A DNA stretch of 48,165 bases from a bacterium (GCA_029559515.1 JAKQBO010000020.1:1-48165), one strand, 5' to 3'. Positions 8,870-18,002 are shown, counted from the first letter of the stretch. Translations and numbers: made by a program. Notes: generated by a model not told the origin, from the sequence alone.

Positions 8870-10309
8870 TTAACACAATCTTTCAGCATGAAAAGCTGAA
8901 GTTGCTTGAAAATTTTTCAGGCTGGCTAAAAACCAGGCAAAGTAATAGATTACTAAAAACCAAACCGGGACGGTTAAAACAATGGCGGACCAGCCCCAGC
9001 CGGAAAAAAAGACAATCATTTGAGTAATAACTGCTAAAACCAGCCCCGTTAACCAGGCGACCGGGGTAAATCCAGCTGAAAGCAGGAAGGCCAAGCCTAA
9101 GGTGAAAATCAAGGGCAAGAAGATCACCACCGCGATATTAGCCAGCGGCCCGACCAAGGACAATTGCTGAAAGTAATAGGCCGAAAGAGGAATCGTCGCT
9201 AGCTGCGCCGCCAAAGTAACGGCCAGAGATTCCCGGAGTAGGGTAACCGGGACCCAGCTCAACCATTTCTTTAGCTGATCAAACCAGCAAATTAAACCGG
9301 CGGCGGCCAAAAAAGAAAGCTGAAAACCGATGTCCCATCGTAGCAGCAGCGGATTAGCTAACAAAATAAAGAAAGCGGCCCAGATAATAGCCCGACCCGG
9401 TTGATAAAGCCGGCCCAAAATAGGTCCCAGGAAGCCCAAGCCCACCATTAACCCGGCTCGCCAGATCGAGGGACGACCACCGGTTAATAATACAAAGATT
9501 AAGATTGCCACCAAAATTAGTTTAGCCGAGCCCGGCTGGCTAAATTTAAGCTTCTTCAAGAGGCTCCTTAAAATTCCAGCCAAAACAACCAGATGCATTC
9601 CGGAAACCACTGCAATGTGGTTCAGGCCGGTCCGGGACAGGTGATTGGAAAAAGATGAATTGGAAATCCTCTGACCGAGCAACATCGCTTTCAAGAGAGA
9701 AGCTGAAGGCTCAGCCAGCCGCTGGTCGATCAAGGACGATGCCCCATCTTGAACCCGAGACGCCAAATAAGGGATAAAATAATTATTATTGCGACCGATC
9801 AATTCAACCTTTGGATGAAAAAAGGTGGCATAAACGCCCTCCTTGAGGCGATAATTTTGAAACTCCTCCGAAATAGTCGGCCGGCCAGAGACAATCAAGC
9901 GCTGTCCTGGAGAAAATTCAGCCCAGGCGTAGTCTCCAAAAACAGTGAAGTGTCCCCTTAGTTCCGGAGAACGGGCTAAAACCGGCCAGTCTAATTTAAC
10001 CTCCAGGTGGGCTCCCGTTGGACGAAGTTCTGGACGGGTAACAACTGTGCCCACCAAAACCACCTCTGCCTCGGCCTGCCATCTTTCCTGAATCGCCAGG
10101 CGTTTCTCCACTTGCAGGTTTAGATAGCCCGCCCCCAAGGCCAGCCCAATGAAAAAGACCGCCATGCTTGAGCGGCGGTCGATGATCAGAATAATTAACC
10201 CAAGAGAGATCAACAAGAAGATAATTAGCCAGTCAATCAACCAGAATGAGGCCAGCGCCAACCCGATCAAGAAACAGACAGTTAAATGGAGAGGATCGAA
10301 TTTTACCAT
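8870..10309 (-). CDS. comEC: ComEC/Rec2-family DNA internalisation channel protein, short form (479 aa)
   Basis: It is a polytopic membrane protein with an N-terminal OB-like segment and the competence-domain signature GLNHIAVVSGMHL. No C-terminal metallo-beta-lactamase domain is present. Confidence 0.8.
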   Translation of the reverse strand: MVKFDPLHLTVCFLIGLALASFWLIDWLIIFLLISLGLIILIIDRRSSMAVFFIGLALGAGYLNLQVEKRLAIQERWQAEAEVVLVGTVVTRPELRPTGAHLEVKLDWPVLARSPELRGHFTVFGDYAWAEFSPGQRLIVSGRPTISEEFQNYRLKEGVYATFFHPKVELIGRNNNYFIPYLASRVQDGASSLIDQRLAEPSASLLKAMLLGQRISNSSFSNHLSRTGLNHIAVVSGMHLVVLAGILRSLLKKLKFSQPGSAKLILVAILIFVLLTGGRPSIWRAGLMVGLGFLGPILGRLYQPGRAIIWAAFFILLANPLLLRWDIGFQLSFLAAAGLICWFDQLKKWLSWVPVTLLRESLAVTLAAQLATIPLSAYYFQQLSLVGPLANIAVVIFLPLIFTLGLAFLLSAGFTPVAWLTGLVLAVITQMIVFFSGWGWSAIVLTVPVWFLVIYYFAWFLASLKNFQATSAFHAERLC

Positions 10310-11004
10310 CAGCGAACCAAACAGTGCTTAACGAAGTTTGCCTCAAGCTCTTGAGCCCACGATCTCATCTCTCCTTGAGAATAGCTTTGAGCCGAAAGAA
10401 ATTTCGGATCAACTGTCTTCCCGGCGGAAACGAATGGCTGGAGAACATACTTTTCAGCCCCCCGAATCATCTGGCCAATTTCCATAATGTCTTCTGGGAC
10501 CAGCTGATTTCTGACAACCGTTGTTCGAAACTCATAGGCCCGTCCTGAATTCATAATGAAATCAATGCTTTGCTGAATTAATCTAAAATCAATCTCAGTC
10601 TGAGCGATCGCCGAATATTTTCCTTGGGGCGCCTTAATATCCATTGCCCAGTAATCAACTAAGCTCTCCTTTAACAGCCCAGCCAATACCTCCGGGTGGC
10701 TGCCGTTGGTATCTATCTTGACCAAAAAGCCCAGCTTTTTAATTTTCTTTAAAAACTGAGCTAGATCAGGCTGGAGAGTTGGCTCGCCGCCGGTAATCAC
10801 CACGCCGTCGAGCCGATTCACTCTCTTTTTAAGCCAGGCTAAAACATTTTCTTCCGGCTGAGGCTCTTGAAATTTCTTTGGGATCACTAGTTCCGGATTA
10901 TGGCAATAAGGGCAACGAAAATTGCACCCCTGGGTAAAGATAACTGCGCTTAACCGGCCAGGATAATCAACCAAAGAAAACCTTTGCCAGCCCCCAATTT
11001 TCAT
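10309..11004 (-). CDS. nrdG: Anaerobic ribonucleoside-triphosphate reductase activating protein (radical SAM)
   Basis: It carries the CNFRCPYCHN cluster motif. It lies immediately downstream of nrdD, with a 1-nt overlap (TAATG). Confidence 0.9.
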   Translation of the reverse strand: MKIGGWQRFSLVDYPGRLSAVIFTQGCNFRCPYCHNPELVIPKKFQEPQPEENVLAWLKKRVNRLDGVVITGGEPTLQPDLAQFLKKIKKLGFLVKIDTNGSHPEVLAGLLKESLVDYWAMDIKAPQGKYSAIAQTEIDFRLIQQSIDFIMNSGRAYEFRTTVVRNQLVPEDIMEIGQMIRGAEKYVLQPFVSAGKTVDPKFLSAQSYSQGEMRSWAQELEANFVKHCLVR

Positions 11005-13112
11005 TAATTGGCTTTAATTTTAGCCCGATGCTTAAATTCTTCTACCTTGCCGGCATTCCAATTAAAGGTCGGCCTCAAATAGCCAACGATCCGAGCATAA
11101 ACTTCGCAATCCGCCCCGCAGCTTGGGCACTTCGGCTGCTCACCATTAAGATATCCGTGCTCCGGACAAATTGAAAAGGTGGGAGAAATCGTAAAATAAG
11201 GCAGACGATAGTTTTGGCAGATTTTCTGGATTAGCCCGGGAATCGATGAGGGATCAGAAACCTTCTCACCTAAAAAGAAGTGAATTACCGTCCCGCCGGT
11301 ATACTTGGTCTGGATCTGGTCCTGAAGTTCCAAGATTTCAAACAGGTCGTCGGTGTAATCCACTGGCAGCTGAGAGGAGTTGGTGTAGAAAGGCGCCGCG
11401 CCCCGGCGATAATCTGCCTCATTGGCACATTTAATTTCTGGATATTTTCCCTTGTCTTTGAGAGCCAGCCGGTAGGAGGTGCCTTCGGCCGGAGTCGCTT
11501 CCAGATTATAGTTCACGCCGGTCTCCTTCTGAAATTCAAGCAGCTTGTCGCGAATAAAATCGAGCACTTTAAGGGCAAATTCCTGACCCTGAGGGTCGGC
11601 AATACTACAACCGAGAAAATTCTCTTCGGCCTCATTCAATCCGATCAGGCCAATCGTTGAAAAGTGGTTATGCCAATAGTGGCCAAAGCGCTCCTTAATA
11701 CTGCGAAGATAAAATTTAGAATAAGGATAAAGGCCCTGTTCGGTAAATCGCTCTAAAACTTTTCTCTTTATTTCGAGACTGTTTTTGGCCAGCACCATCA
11801 GCTTTTCCAAACGATCAAAGAAGTCTTTTTCGCCTTTAGCCAGATATCCCAGCCGGGGCATATTAATCGTCACCACCCCGATGCTGCCGGTCAGCGGATT
11901 GGCTCCAAAGAGACCGCCGCCTCGTTTGGCTAAATCTTCCAGGCTCAGTCTGAGCCGGCAACACATACTGCGGACGTCTTCCGGCTTCATATCTGAATTA
12001 ACAAAGTTGGCAAAATAGGGAAGGCCGTACTTAGCCGTCGCCTCCCAAAGGTAGGGAGTAAACGGACGGTCCCATTTGAAGTCCTTAGTAATGTTGTAAG
12101 TCGGAATAGGAAAGGTAAAGACCCGGCCCCGATAATCGCCCTCTGTCATTACCTCCAAAAAGGCCCGGTTAACCATATCCATCTCTTCCTGGAAATCACC
12201 GTAGGTTTCAGACTGGGGCTGGCCACCGATTATCACCGGCTGCGTCTGGTAGTCTTTTGGGACGACCAGATCAAAACTGAGATTAGTAAAGGGTGTTTGG
12301 AAGCCCACCCGGGTCGGAACATTCATGTTGAAAATGAACTCCTGCATGGCCTGCTTAACTTCAGCATAGGTTAGCCCGTCATAACGGATATAGGGAGCCA
12401 GCAGGGTATCAAAGCTAGAGAAGGCCTGGGCCCCGGCTGATTCGCCCTGCAGAGTATAAAGAAAATTACAGATTTGCCCCAAGGCGGGGCGAAAGTGCTT
12501 CGGTGGGCCACTCTCAATCTTGCCAGGGGCGCCTCGAAAACCAACCGTTAGCAGATCCTGCAGATCCCAGCCAACACAGTAAACAGAAAGAACACTCAGG
12601 TCGTGAATGTGAAAATCGCCGGTCTGGTGGGCTTCTTTAATCTCAGGCGGATAAATTTTATTCAGCCAATAAACGCTATTAACCCAGCCAGAAACATAAT
12701 TATTTAAACCCTGCAGCGAGTAGGTCATGTTGCTGTTTTCCTTGATCTGCCAATCGTGGTTGTGCAAATACTGGTCAACAATATCAACGTTGCTCTGATC
12801 GACTACCTCCCGGAGACGGGCGTGCTGATCGCGATAGATAATGTAGGCTCGGGCCGTTTGGCGATAGGGTGATTCCATTAAAACTGCCTCAACCAGGTCT
12901 TGAACTTGTTCAACCGTTGGTAGATCCCGAGAAAGATTGCGGTTGATTCTTTCCATTACCTGCTGCGTCAACCGTTCGGCCTCGGCCAATTCAAACTCGC
13001 CCGTAGCCTGCCCCGCCTTTTGAACGGCAACGGTAATCTTGCGCGAGTCAAAGGGGACTACTTCCCCTGATCGCTTTCTAATCTTTTTAGGCTGGGACGG
13101 ACTTTTAGGCAT
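11004..13112 (-). CDS. nrdD: Anaerobic ribonucleoside-triphosphate reductase (class III RNR, 702 aa)
   Basis: It has an ATP-cone-like N-terminus. The C-terminus carries a Zn site and glycyl-radical motif (CPSCGADCEVYARIVGYLRP). Confidence 0.95.
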   Translation of the reverse strand: MPKSPSQPKKIRKRSGEVVPFDSRKITVAVQKAGQATGEFELAEAERLTQQVMERINRNLSRDLPTVEQVQDLVEAVLMESPYRQTARAYIIYRDQHARLREVVDQSNVDIVDQYLHNHDWQIKENSNMTYSLQGLNNYVSGWVNSVYWLNKIYPPEIKEAHQTGDFHIHDLSVLSVYCVGWDLQDLLTVGFRGAPGKIESGPPKHFRPALGQICNFLYTLQGESAGAQAFSSFDTLLAPYIRYDGLTYAEVKQAMQEFIFNMNVPTRVGFQTPFTNLSFDLVVPKDYQTQPVIIGGQPQSETYGDFQEEMDMVNRAFLEVMTEGDYRGRVFTFPIPTYNITKDFKWDRPFTPYLWEATAKYGLPYFANFVNSDMKPEDVRSMCCRLRLSLEDLAKRGGGLFGANPLTGSIGVVTINMPRLGYLAKGEKDFFDRLEKLMVLAKNSLEIKRKVLERFTEQGLYPYSKFYLRSIKERFGHYWHNHFSTIGLIGLNEAEENFLGCSIADPQGQEFALKVLDFIRDKLLEFQKETGVNYNLEATPAEGTSYRLALKDKGKYPEIKCANEADYRRGAAPFYTNSSQLPVDYTDDLFEILELQDQIQTKYTGGTVIHFFLGEKVSDPSSIPGLIQKICQNYRLPYFTISPTFSICPEHGYLNGEQPKCPSCGADCEVYARIVGYLRPTFNWNAGKVEEFKHRAKIKAN

Positions 13113-13126
13113 AGTAAATAATTGAA

Positions 13127-14059
13127 TTAATTTAATCCGGTAACAATTAGCGTAATTCTAATCTCCCTCGGCTTAAGCTGCTGATCGAGAGATGTGCCGA
13201 AAATTAGACTGGCTCCCGGCCGGATGGTTTGACGAATCTGGTCGGCGATTGACTGTACCTCGGCCAGAGTCAGGTCGCCGCTACTGGCAATATTAAGCAA
13301 CGCCGCCCGAGCTTGATTAAGAGGAAATTCCAATAAGGGCGAATCAAGAGCTTCTTTAACGGCTTTCGCCGCGCGACCCCGGCCCCGGGCCGTTCCGATG
13401 CCAAAGAAAGCCGGTCCGGCTTTTTTAATCATTGTCCTGAGGGTGGCAAAATCAACATTAATCTCGCCCGAAGCGACAATTAAATCAGCAATTCCCTGAA
13501 TAGCATTGTGAAGAACTTGGTCGCACAAATTAAAAGCATTGATGAGCGAAGTTTTGTCGTTGGCTAAATCAATCAGCTTATCATTAGGGATGATCAGTAG
13601 AGTGTCAACCTGAGGTCGCAGTTTTTCCAGCCCGCTTTGGGCAATTTTAGCCCGAGGCTCTCCTTCGAAAGAAAACGGCGTCGTCACGGCAGCTATGGTC
13701 AGGATCTGCATCGATCGAGCCAACTCAGCCACCAGAGGCGCCGCCCCCGTTCCCGAGCCACCGCCCAAACCGCAGGTCAGGAAAATCATATCAGCGCCCG
13801 ACAGAACTTTTTCAATTTCAGCCTTTGATTCTTCCGCGGCCGCCCAGCCAAGACTTGGATCCATGCCGGCGCCTAGTCCGCCAGTAACTTTCTGGCCAAT
13901 CTGCAGCTTAACATCGGCCGATTTAGCCCGGAGATCTTGGACATCAGTGTTAATCGCCACCAGTTCGACCCCTTTAACGGCTTGCCGCTTCATGCGGGCA
14001 ACAGTGTTGGAGCCAGAACCGCCCAAGCCGATAACTTTTATCTTCTTAGATGATTTCAT
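13127..14059 (-). CDS. ftsZ: Cell division GTPase FtsZ, core only (310 aa)
   Basis: It has the tubulin signature GGGSGTGAAPLVA and a T7-loop region INVDFATLRT. The protein ends ...ITLIVTGLN, directly at the end of the globular core. Confidence 0.9.
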   Translation of the reverse strand: MKSSKKIKVIGLGGSGSNTVARMKRQAVKGVELVAINTDVQDLRAKSADVKLQIGQKVTGGLGAGMDPSLGWAAAEESKAEIEKVLSGADMIFLTCGLGGGSGTGAAPLVAELARSMQILTIAAVTTPFSFEGEPRAKIAQSGLEKLRPQVDTLLIIPNDKLIDLANDKTSLINAFNLCDQVLHNAIQGIADLIVASGEINVDFATLRTMIKKAGPAFFGIGTARGRGRAAKAVKEALDSPLLEFPLNQARAALLNIASSGDLTLAEVQSIADQIRQTIRPGASLIFGTSLDQQLKPREIRITLIVTGLN

Positions 14060-14099
14060 CAGCCAAAAAGCACCACTCGGGTGCTAAATAGTTTCTAAT

Positions 14100-15275
14100 T
14101 TAGGGAATAAAATGGCGAATCAGCCGGCGAAACCAGCCGCTCCGCTTAATGGCTAAGGTACCCGTTTCTTCGTCGGCCGCCAACAGAACTAAACCGGCCG
14201 CTGTGACCCAAGCCGGGTCTTCTGTCTCCAGTCCAGTAATGCCACAGGGAACACCCCTTTTGGCAATCAGTTTAAAAATCTTTCGGGCGCAGTCGGTGGC
14301 CCCTTTAAGCTTGGCGCCCCCGCCGGTTAGAACCACTCCGGCCGGCAAATCCTGACGCTGGCAGACGCTGGTCACTACTTGGTAGGCCTCTTCGAGAATC
14401 TCTTCCATGCGCGGCCTGATCACCTTGACTAGTTTTCGAGCCTGGCGGCTTTCTTCTGTCCGGCCAGTAATTTTTTCCTCACAACAAGATCCGATCTCTT
14501 TTTTAAGCCTCTCGGCTTCAGAAATCTCCAGCTCTGCGCCCACCGCAATGTCGTCGGTAATATGAGAAGAGCCCAAAGAAAAAATAGCTAAATGAATCGG
14601 CTTACCCTCCTGATAGACAATCACCTTAGTCAGGCTGTGGCCAATATCGATCAGGACTGAGCCCCGCTCTTTTTGTTGGTCGGTCAAGGCGGCCCGAGCA
14701 CAGGCCAGTGGCGTCGCAATAATATCTTCAGTCTGGCAGCCGGCTTCGGCGACAGCTTCTTTTAATTTTTTCAAGTGTGGCGAAAAAACAGACAAAACCA
14801 GAGCTTCTGCTTCCAGCCGCGTTCCAGTCATTTCCAGCGGGCGCTCAATTCCGCTCTGTCCGTCAACAATAAAATCTTTAATCAAAACCCCCCAAAATTC
14901 ATTATTGGGAGGTAGATTAATGGACTGAGCCGCTTCAATGACCCGATTGACATCTTCCTGGGAAATCCGTCCATCGGCCCGGGAGACAGAAACTAAGCCG
15001 TGGCTGGGCGTACTTAAAAACCTCGACTCGCCAATATTGAGATACACTTGATCAACTTTTTCCGAGCACGACTTCTCGGCCTGGTCGAGAGCTAGACGAA
15101 TGCTTCGGGCCAGACGATTGACGTCATGGATGCCCTGTTTATTCATCCCCTCGGTCGGGCACTCACCTAATCCCAAAAACTCCAAGCCATCGCCCTGAGC
15201 TGACTGGCGGACGATTAAGGCTTTCACTGAGCCGACACCGACATCTAAACCGGTAATAATTCGAGATCGTGCCAT
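14100..15275 (-). CDS. ftsA: Cell division protein FtsA (actin-like ATPase, 391 aa)
   Basis: It has phosphate-binding motifs (LDVGVGSVK, IDIGHSLTK, LTGGGAKL). The C-terminus is amphipathic (WFRRLIRHFIP). It lies immediately upstream of ftsZ. Confidence 0.9.
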   Translation of the reverse strand: MARSRIITGLDVGVGSVKALIVRQSAQGDGLEFLGLGECPTEGMNKQGIHDVNRLARSIRLALDQAEKSCSEKVDQVYLNIGESRFLSTPSHGLVSVSRADGRISQEDVNRVIEAAQSINLPPNNEFWGVLIKDFIVDGQSGIERPLEMTGTRLEAEALVLSVFSPHLKKLKEAVAEAGCQTEDIIATPLACARAALTDQQKERGSVLIDIGHSLTKVIVYQEGKPIHLAIFSLGSSHITDDIAVGAELEISEAERLKKEIGSCCEEKITGRTEESRQARKLVKVIRPRMEEILEEAYQVVTSVCQRQDLPAGVVLTGGGAKLKGATDCARKIFKLIAKRGVPCGITGLETEDPAWVTAAGLVLLAADEETGTLAIKRSGWFRRLIRHFIP

Positions 15276-15279
15276 AATC

Positions 15280-15495
15280 TTAAATCTGACCCATCTTGCG
15301 AAGCTGCTGATAGCGCTGCCTCGACTCTAGTCGTTTTAAAGCGCTTCGCTTTTTGGCTAAGTCGCTTAATGGTCTTTGCCAGAACCGCTGTTCTTTTGCT
15401 TTTCGCAAAACACCGCTCCGGCGAACTTCTTTAGAAAACCGGTCGACTAAGGCCACCGGTGTTTCGTTATTTTTCTTGGTAACAATAATAGGCAT
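15280..15495 (-). CDS. rpsU: 30S ribosomal protein S21 (71 aa)
   Basis: It is small and basic, with an MPIIVTKKNNETPVALVDRFSKEVRRSGVLRKAKEQRF... pattern typical of bS21. Confidence 0.8.
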   Translation of the reverse strand: MPIIVTKKNNETPVALVDRFSKEVRRSGVLRKAKEQRFWQRPLSDLAKKRSALKRLESRQRYQQLRKMGQI

Positions 15496-15535
15496 AGTGT
15501 TTTAAATATAATCCATTTACTTTCTTTTTGCAAAA

Positions 15536-16807
15536 TTAAAGCCTTTTCTTAATCAGGCTAACGGCTTGACTGCGCTTAACAAAGCGCTGCTGACCGGTAC
15601 TCATCGTCTTCAAGGTTATGGTGCCATCGAGAGCTTCTTTCTGTCCAATGATCACCGTGTACTTAACGCCCAGGCGATCAGCTCTCTTAAGCTGGGCATT
15701 CAGAGAATTACGGCCAAAGGCTTCAGCGACTTTTACCCCGCGCTGCCTTAACTCCTCAAAAATCTTAATGGCTTCTTTTTTGGCGGCCGGACCAAGTTGA
15801 GCAATAAAAACTTCCGGCTTTTCCCGATAGACGACTCGGTGCCCCGAACTCTTCATGGCGCTGACAATTCGTTCAATGCCGGCTGCCGCTCCGACCGCCG
15901 GGGCCGGCGGCGCCCCCAAAAGCTCAACCAATCCATCGTAGCGGCCACCCCCGACGAGCGCCTTCTTTTCTTCATCGTCCGACTGGACAATCTCGAAAAC
16001 CGTCCGGGTGTAATAATCTAAGCCCCGGACCAAATGAGGGTTCAGGCGATAAGGAATGTTCAGCTCGCCCAGAAGCTCCAGCACTTCTTGAAAGTGCTGG
16101 CGACATTCATCAGATAAATAATCGACCACATGTGGCAACTGTCCGACAATTTCCTGGCAAGCCGGTTCTTTGCAGTCAAGAATCCGAAGCGGATTCCGAG
16201 CCAAGCGGCGGCGGCAATCAACACAAAGCTCAGATTCGCTCTTTTTAAGCTGCTTAACTAAAACCTTCTGATAGGTTTCTCTCTCTCCGGGCCGGCCAAT
16301 CGAATTGATCTCAACCACTAGATTCTTAATCTTTAACTCGGCCAAAAGACGATAAAAGAGGTTGATCACCTGAGCGTCCAGCGCCGCATCGCCACCGCCA
16401 ATAATTTCAAAACCAAATTGGTGAAACTGACGATAGCGGCCAGCCTGGGCCTTTTCGTAGCGGAAAAAGGGGCCCCAATACCAAAGCTTAACTGGCTGAG
16501 GCCAGGTTCTGGCCCCATGTTCTAGATAAAAACGAACAACAGAAGGAGTCCCCTCGGGTCTCAAAGCTAAGACCTCGCCGCTTTTAGTTCTCAGAGTATA
16601 CATTTGTTTTTCAACGATATCGGTGTTGGCCCCGGTGCCTTTTTTAAAAAGCAAAGCGTTTTCTAAAATGGGAAAATCTATTCGGTCAAAACGATAATCT
16701 TTCGCCAGGCGCCGGCAAGCATTTTCAATCCGATAAAAGTAGGCACAATCTTCCGGAGTTAAATCGTGCATTCCCTTCGGGGTTTGGATAAACTCTTCTT
16801 CGGCCAT
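15536..16807 (-). CDS. hisS: Histidyl-tRNA synthetase (423 aa)
   Basis: It has class II motifs (RYRQFHQFGFEIIG, GGGRYDGL) and a C-terminal anticodon-binding domain. Confidence 0.95.
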   Translation of the reverse strand: MAEEEFIQTPKGMHDLTPEDCAYFYRIENACRRLAKDYRFDRIDFPILENALLFKKGTGANTDIVEKQMYTLRTKSGEVLALRPEGTPSVVRFYLEHGARTWPQPVKLWYWGPFFRYEKAQAGRYRQFHQFGFEIIGGGDAALDAQVINLFYRLLAELKIKNLVVEINSIGRPGERETYQKVLVKQLKKSESELCVDCRRRLARNPLRILDCKEPACQEIVGQLPHVVDYLSDECRQHFQEVLELLGELNIPYRLNPHLVRGLDYYTRTVFEIVQSDDEEKKALVGGGRYDGLVELLGAPPAPAVGAAAGIERIVSAMKSSGHRVVYREKPEVFIAQLGPAAKKEAIKIFEELRQRGVKVAEAFGRNSLNAQLKRADRLGVKYTVIIGQKEALDGTITLKTMSTGQQRFVKRSQAVSLIKKRL

Positions 16808-16810
16808 AGA

Positions 16811-17353
16811 TTAAGGCTTAATGACGTTAATCCGGTTTAAGGGCCAAAGCCTCAAAACCGCCCGGCCGATCAGGTTCTCAGCCGGCAAGTGTCCCCAGAA
16901 ACGAGAGTCGTAAGAGCGATCACGATTGTCGCCCAAAACAAAGTATTGGTCCTCGGCTAAGGTAACCGAGAAGTTCCGGTAGGCAGTTGCTTGAGAATAG
17001 TGGTCGTCGAAGAAAAACTGATCCCCCTCCACGGGAGTAATTAAAATCTGCTGATCAACGGTCTCCAGTTTTTCACCCGGTAAGCCGACCACTCTTTTAA
17101 TAAAACGCCGCGAAGGGTCGGTCGGCGCATAGAAGATAACCACTTCGCCCCGCTCCGGAGGGCGAAAGCGATAACTAATCTGGTCGACAATTAAATAATC
17201 CCCGTCGTAAAAACTAGGCTCCATCGAGGAGCCATCGACGACAAAGGGCTGGAAGAGAAAGTATCGAATGGGGACGACAATCAACAAGGCCAAAATGATC
17301 ACCTCAATCACCTCCCACCAAAAAGAAAAAAAGCTCTTTAAAGAGTCTCTCAT
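16811..17353 (-). CDS. lepB: Signal peptidase I (180 aa)
   Basis: It has a TM anchor, the catalytic Ser box GSSMEPSF, the Lys box KRVVGLPGE, and GDNRDRSYDSRFWG. Confidence 0.9.
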   Translation of the reverse strand: MRDSLKSFFSFWWEVIEVIILALLIVVPIRYFLFQPFVVDGSSMEPSFYDGDYLIVDQISYRFRPPERGEVVIFYAPTDPSRRFIKRVVGLPGEKLETVDQQILITPVEGDQFFFDDHYSQATAYRNFSVTLAEDQYFVLGDNRDRSYDSRFWGHLPAENLIGRAVLRLWPLNRINVIKP

Positions 17354-17380
17354 GAGTAAATTAAGTCCGTATTCTGATTA

Positions 17381-17388
17381 ATTATAAT
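17381..17388. promoter_or_regulatory. Palindromic ATTATAAT that supplies a TATAAT -10 element on both strands (lepB leftward, pth rightward)
   Basis: ATTATAAT is its own reverse complement. It lies in the 75-nt divergent intergenic region. Confidence 0.35.
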
Positions 17389-17413
17389 GGAAATTTCATC
17401 AATAATCAAGTCG

Positions 17414-17422
17414 TGCTATAAT
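17414..17422 (+). promoter_or_regulatory. Extended -10 promoter TGcTATAAT, 6 nt upstream of the pth ATG (leaderless mRNA predicted)
   Basis: TG is at 17414-15 and TATAAT at 17417-22. The ATG is at 17429. Confidence 0.5.
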
Positions 17423-17428
17423 GCTCTT

Positions 17429-17965
17429 ATGATCCTGATTGTTGGCCTGGGAAACCCCGGGCGAAAATATCGAAACACCCCTCATAACCTCGGCTTTGAA
17501 ACAGTTGACCGGCTGCGCAAAAAACACCAATTGCCCCGATTTCAGCGAGGAGAAATGGCCTTGATTTCGGCCGGTAAAATTGCCGAGCAATCAGTTCTTT
17601 TAGCCAAGCCCCTGACCTTTATGAATGAATCTGGCCGAGCCGTAGCCGCCCTGGCTAAGAGACATCAACTGGCGCCTGGCCAGATCTGGCTGATTCACGA
17701 TGAAGCTGATCTCCCCTTGGGCCAGATTAAGACTAGCCTTAACCGTAGCGCTGGCGGACACAAGGGCGTCTCTTCGGTTTATCAACAGCTCCAGACCCGC
17801 GAACTGCTTCGTTTCCGCCTGGGAACCGCTACCGAAGATAAATCCAACCTTAAAGACTTCGTCTTGAGGCCCTATCGCCGGATCGAGAGAGGTCGGGCCA
17901 AGACTATGGTCGAACAGGCAACCGAGTTAATCGAAGCCACTTTAATCGAAATATCGCCCAAATAA
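17429..17965 (+). CDS. pth: Peptidyl-tRNA hydrolase (178 aa)
   Basis: The sequence MILIVGLGNPGRKYRNTPHNLGF is the canonical Pth N-terminus. The upstream ATG at 17387 overlaps a TATAAT box and adds a non-conserved extension. Confidence 0.9.
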   Translation: MILIVGLGNPGRKYRNTPHNLGFETVDRLRKKHQLPRFQRGEMALISAGKIAEQSVLLAKPLTFMNESGRAVAALAKRHQLAPGQIWLIHDEADLPLGQIKTSLNRSAGGHKGVSSVYQQLQTRELLRFRLGTATEDKSNLKDFVLRPYRRIERGRAKTMVEQATELIEATLIEISPK

Positions 17966-17975
17966 TTATTCGATT

Positions 17976-18002
17976 AAAAAAAGGCCCGGAGGCCGGGTTT
18001 TT
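17976..18002. terminator. Bidirectional intrinsic terminator (pth on plus strand, candidate sRNA on minus strand)
   Basis: A GC-only hairpin (GGCC-CGGA-GGCC / CCCGG-AGG-CCGGG) is flanked by A7 on the left (U7 on the minus strand) and by T5 on the right. Confidence 0.65.

Noticed and set aside
13637-14087. A 130-aa and a 63-aa ORF antisense to ftsZ.
   Set aside because: They are shadow ORFs opposite a GC-richer, motif-confirmed CDS. Their composition is Pro/Ala/Arg-rich, and no start context or domain was recognised.
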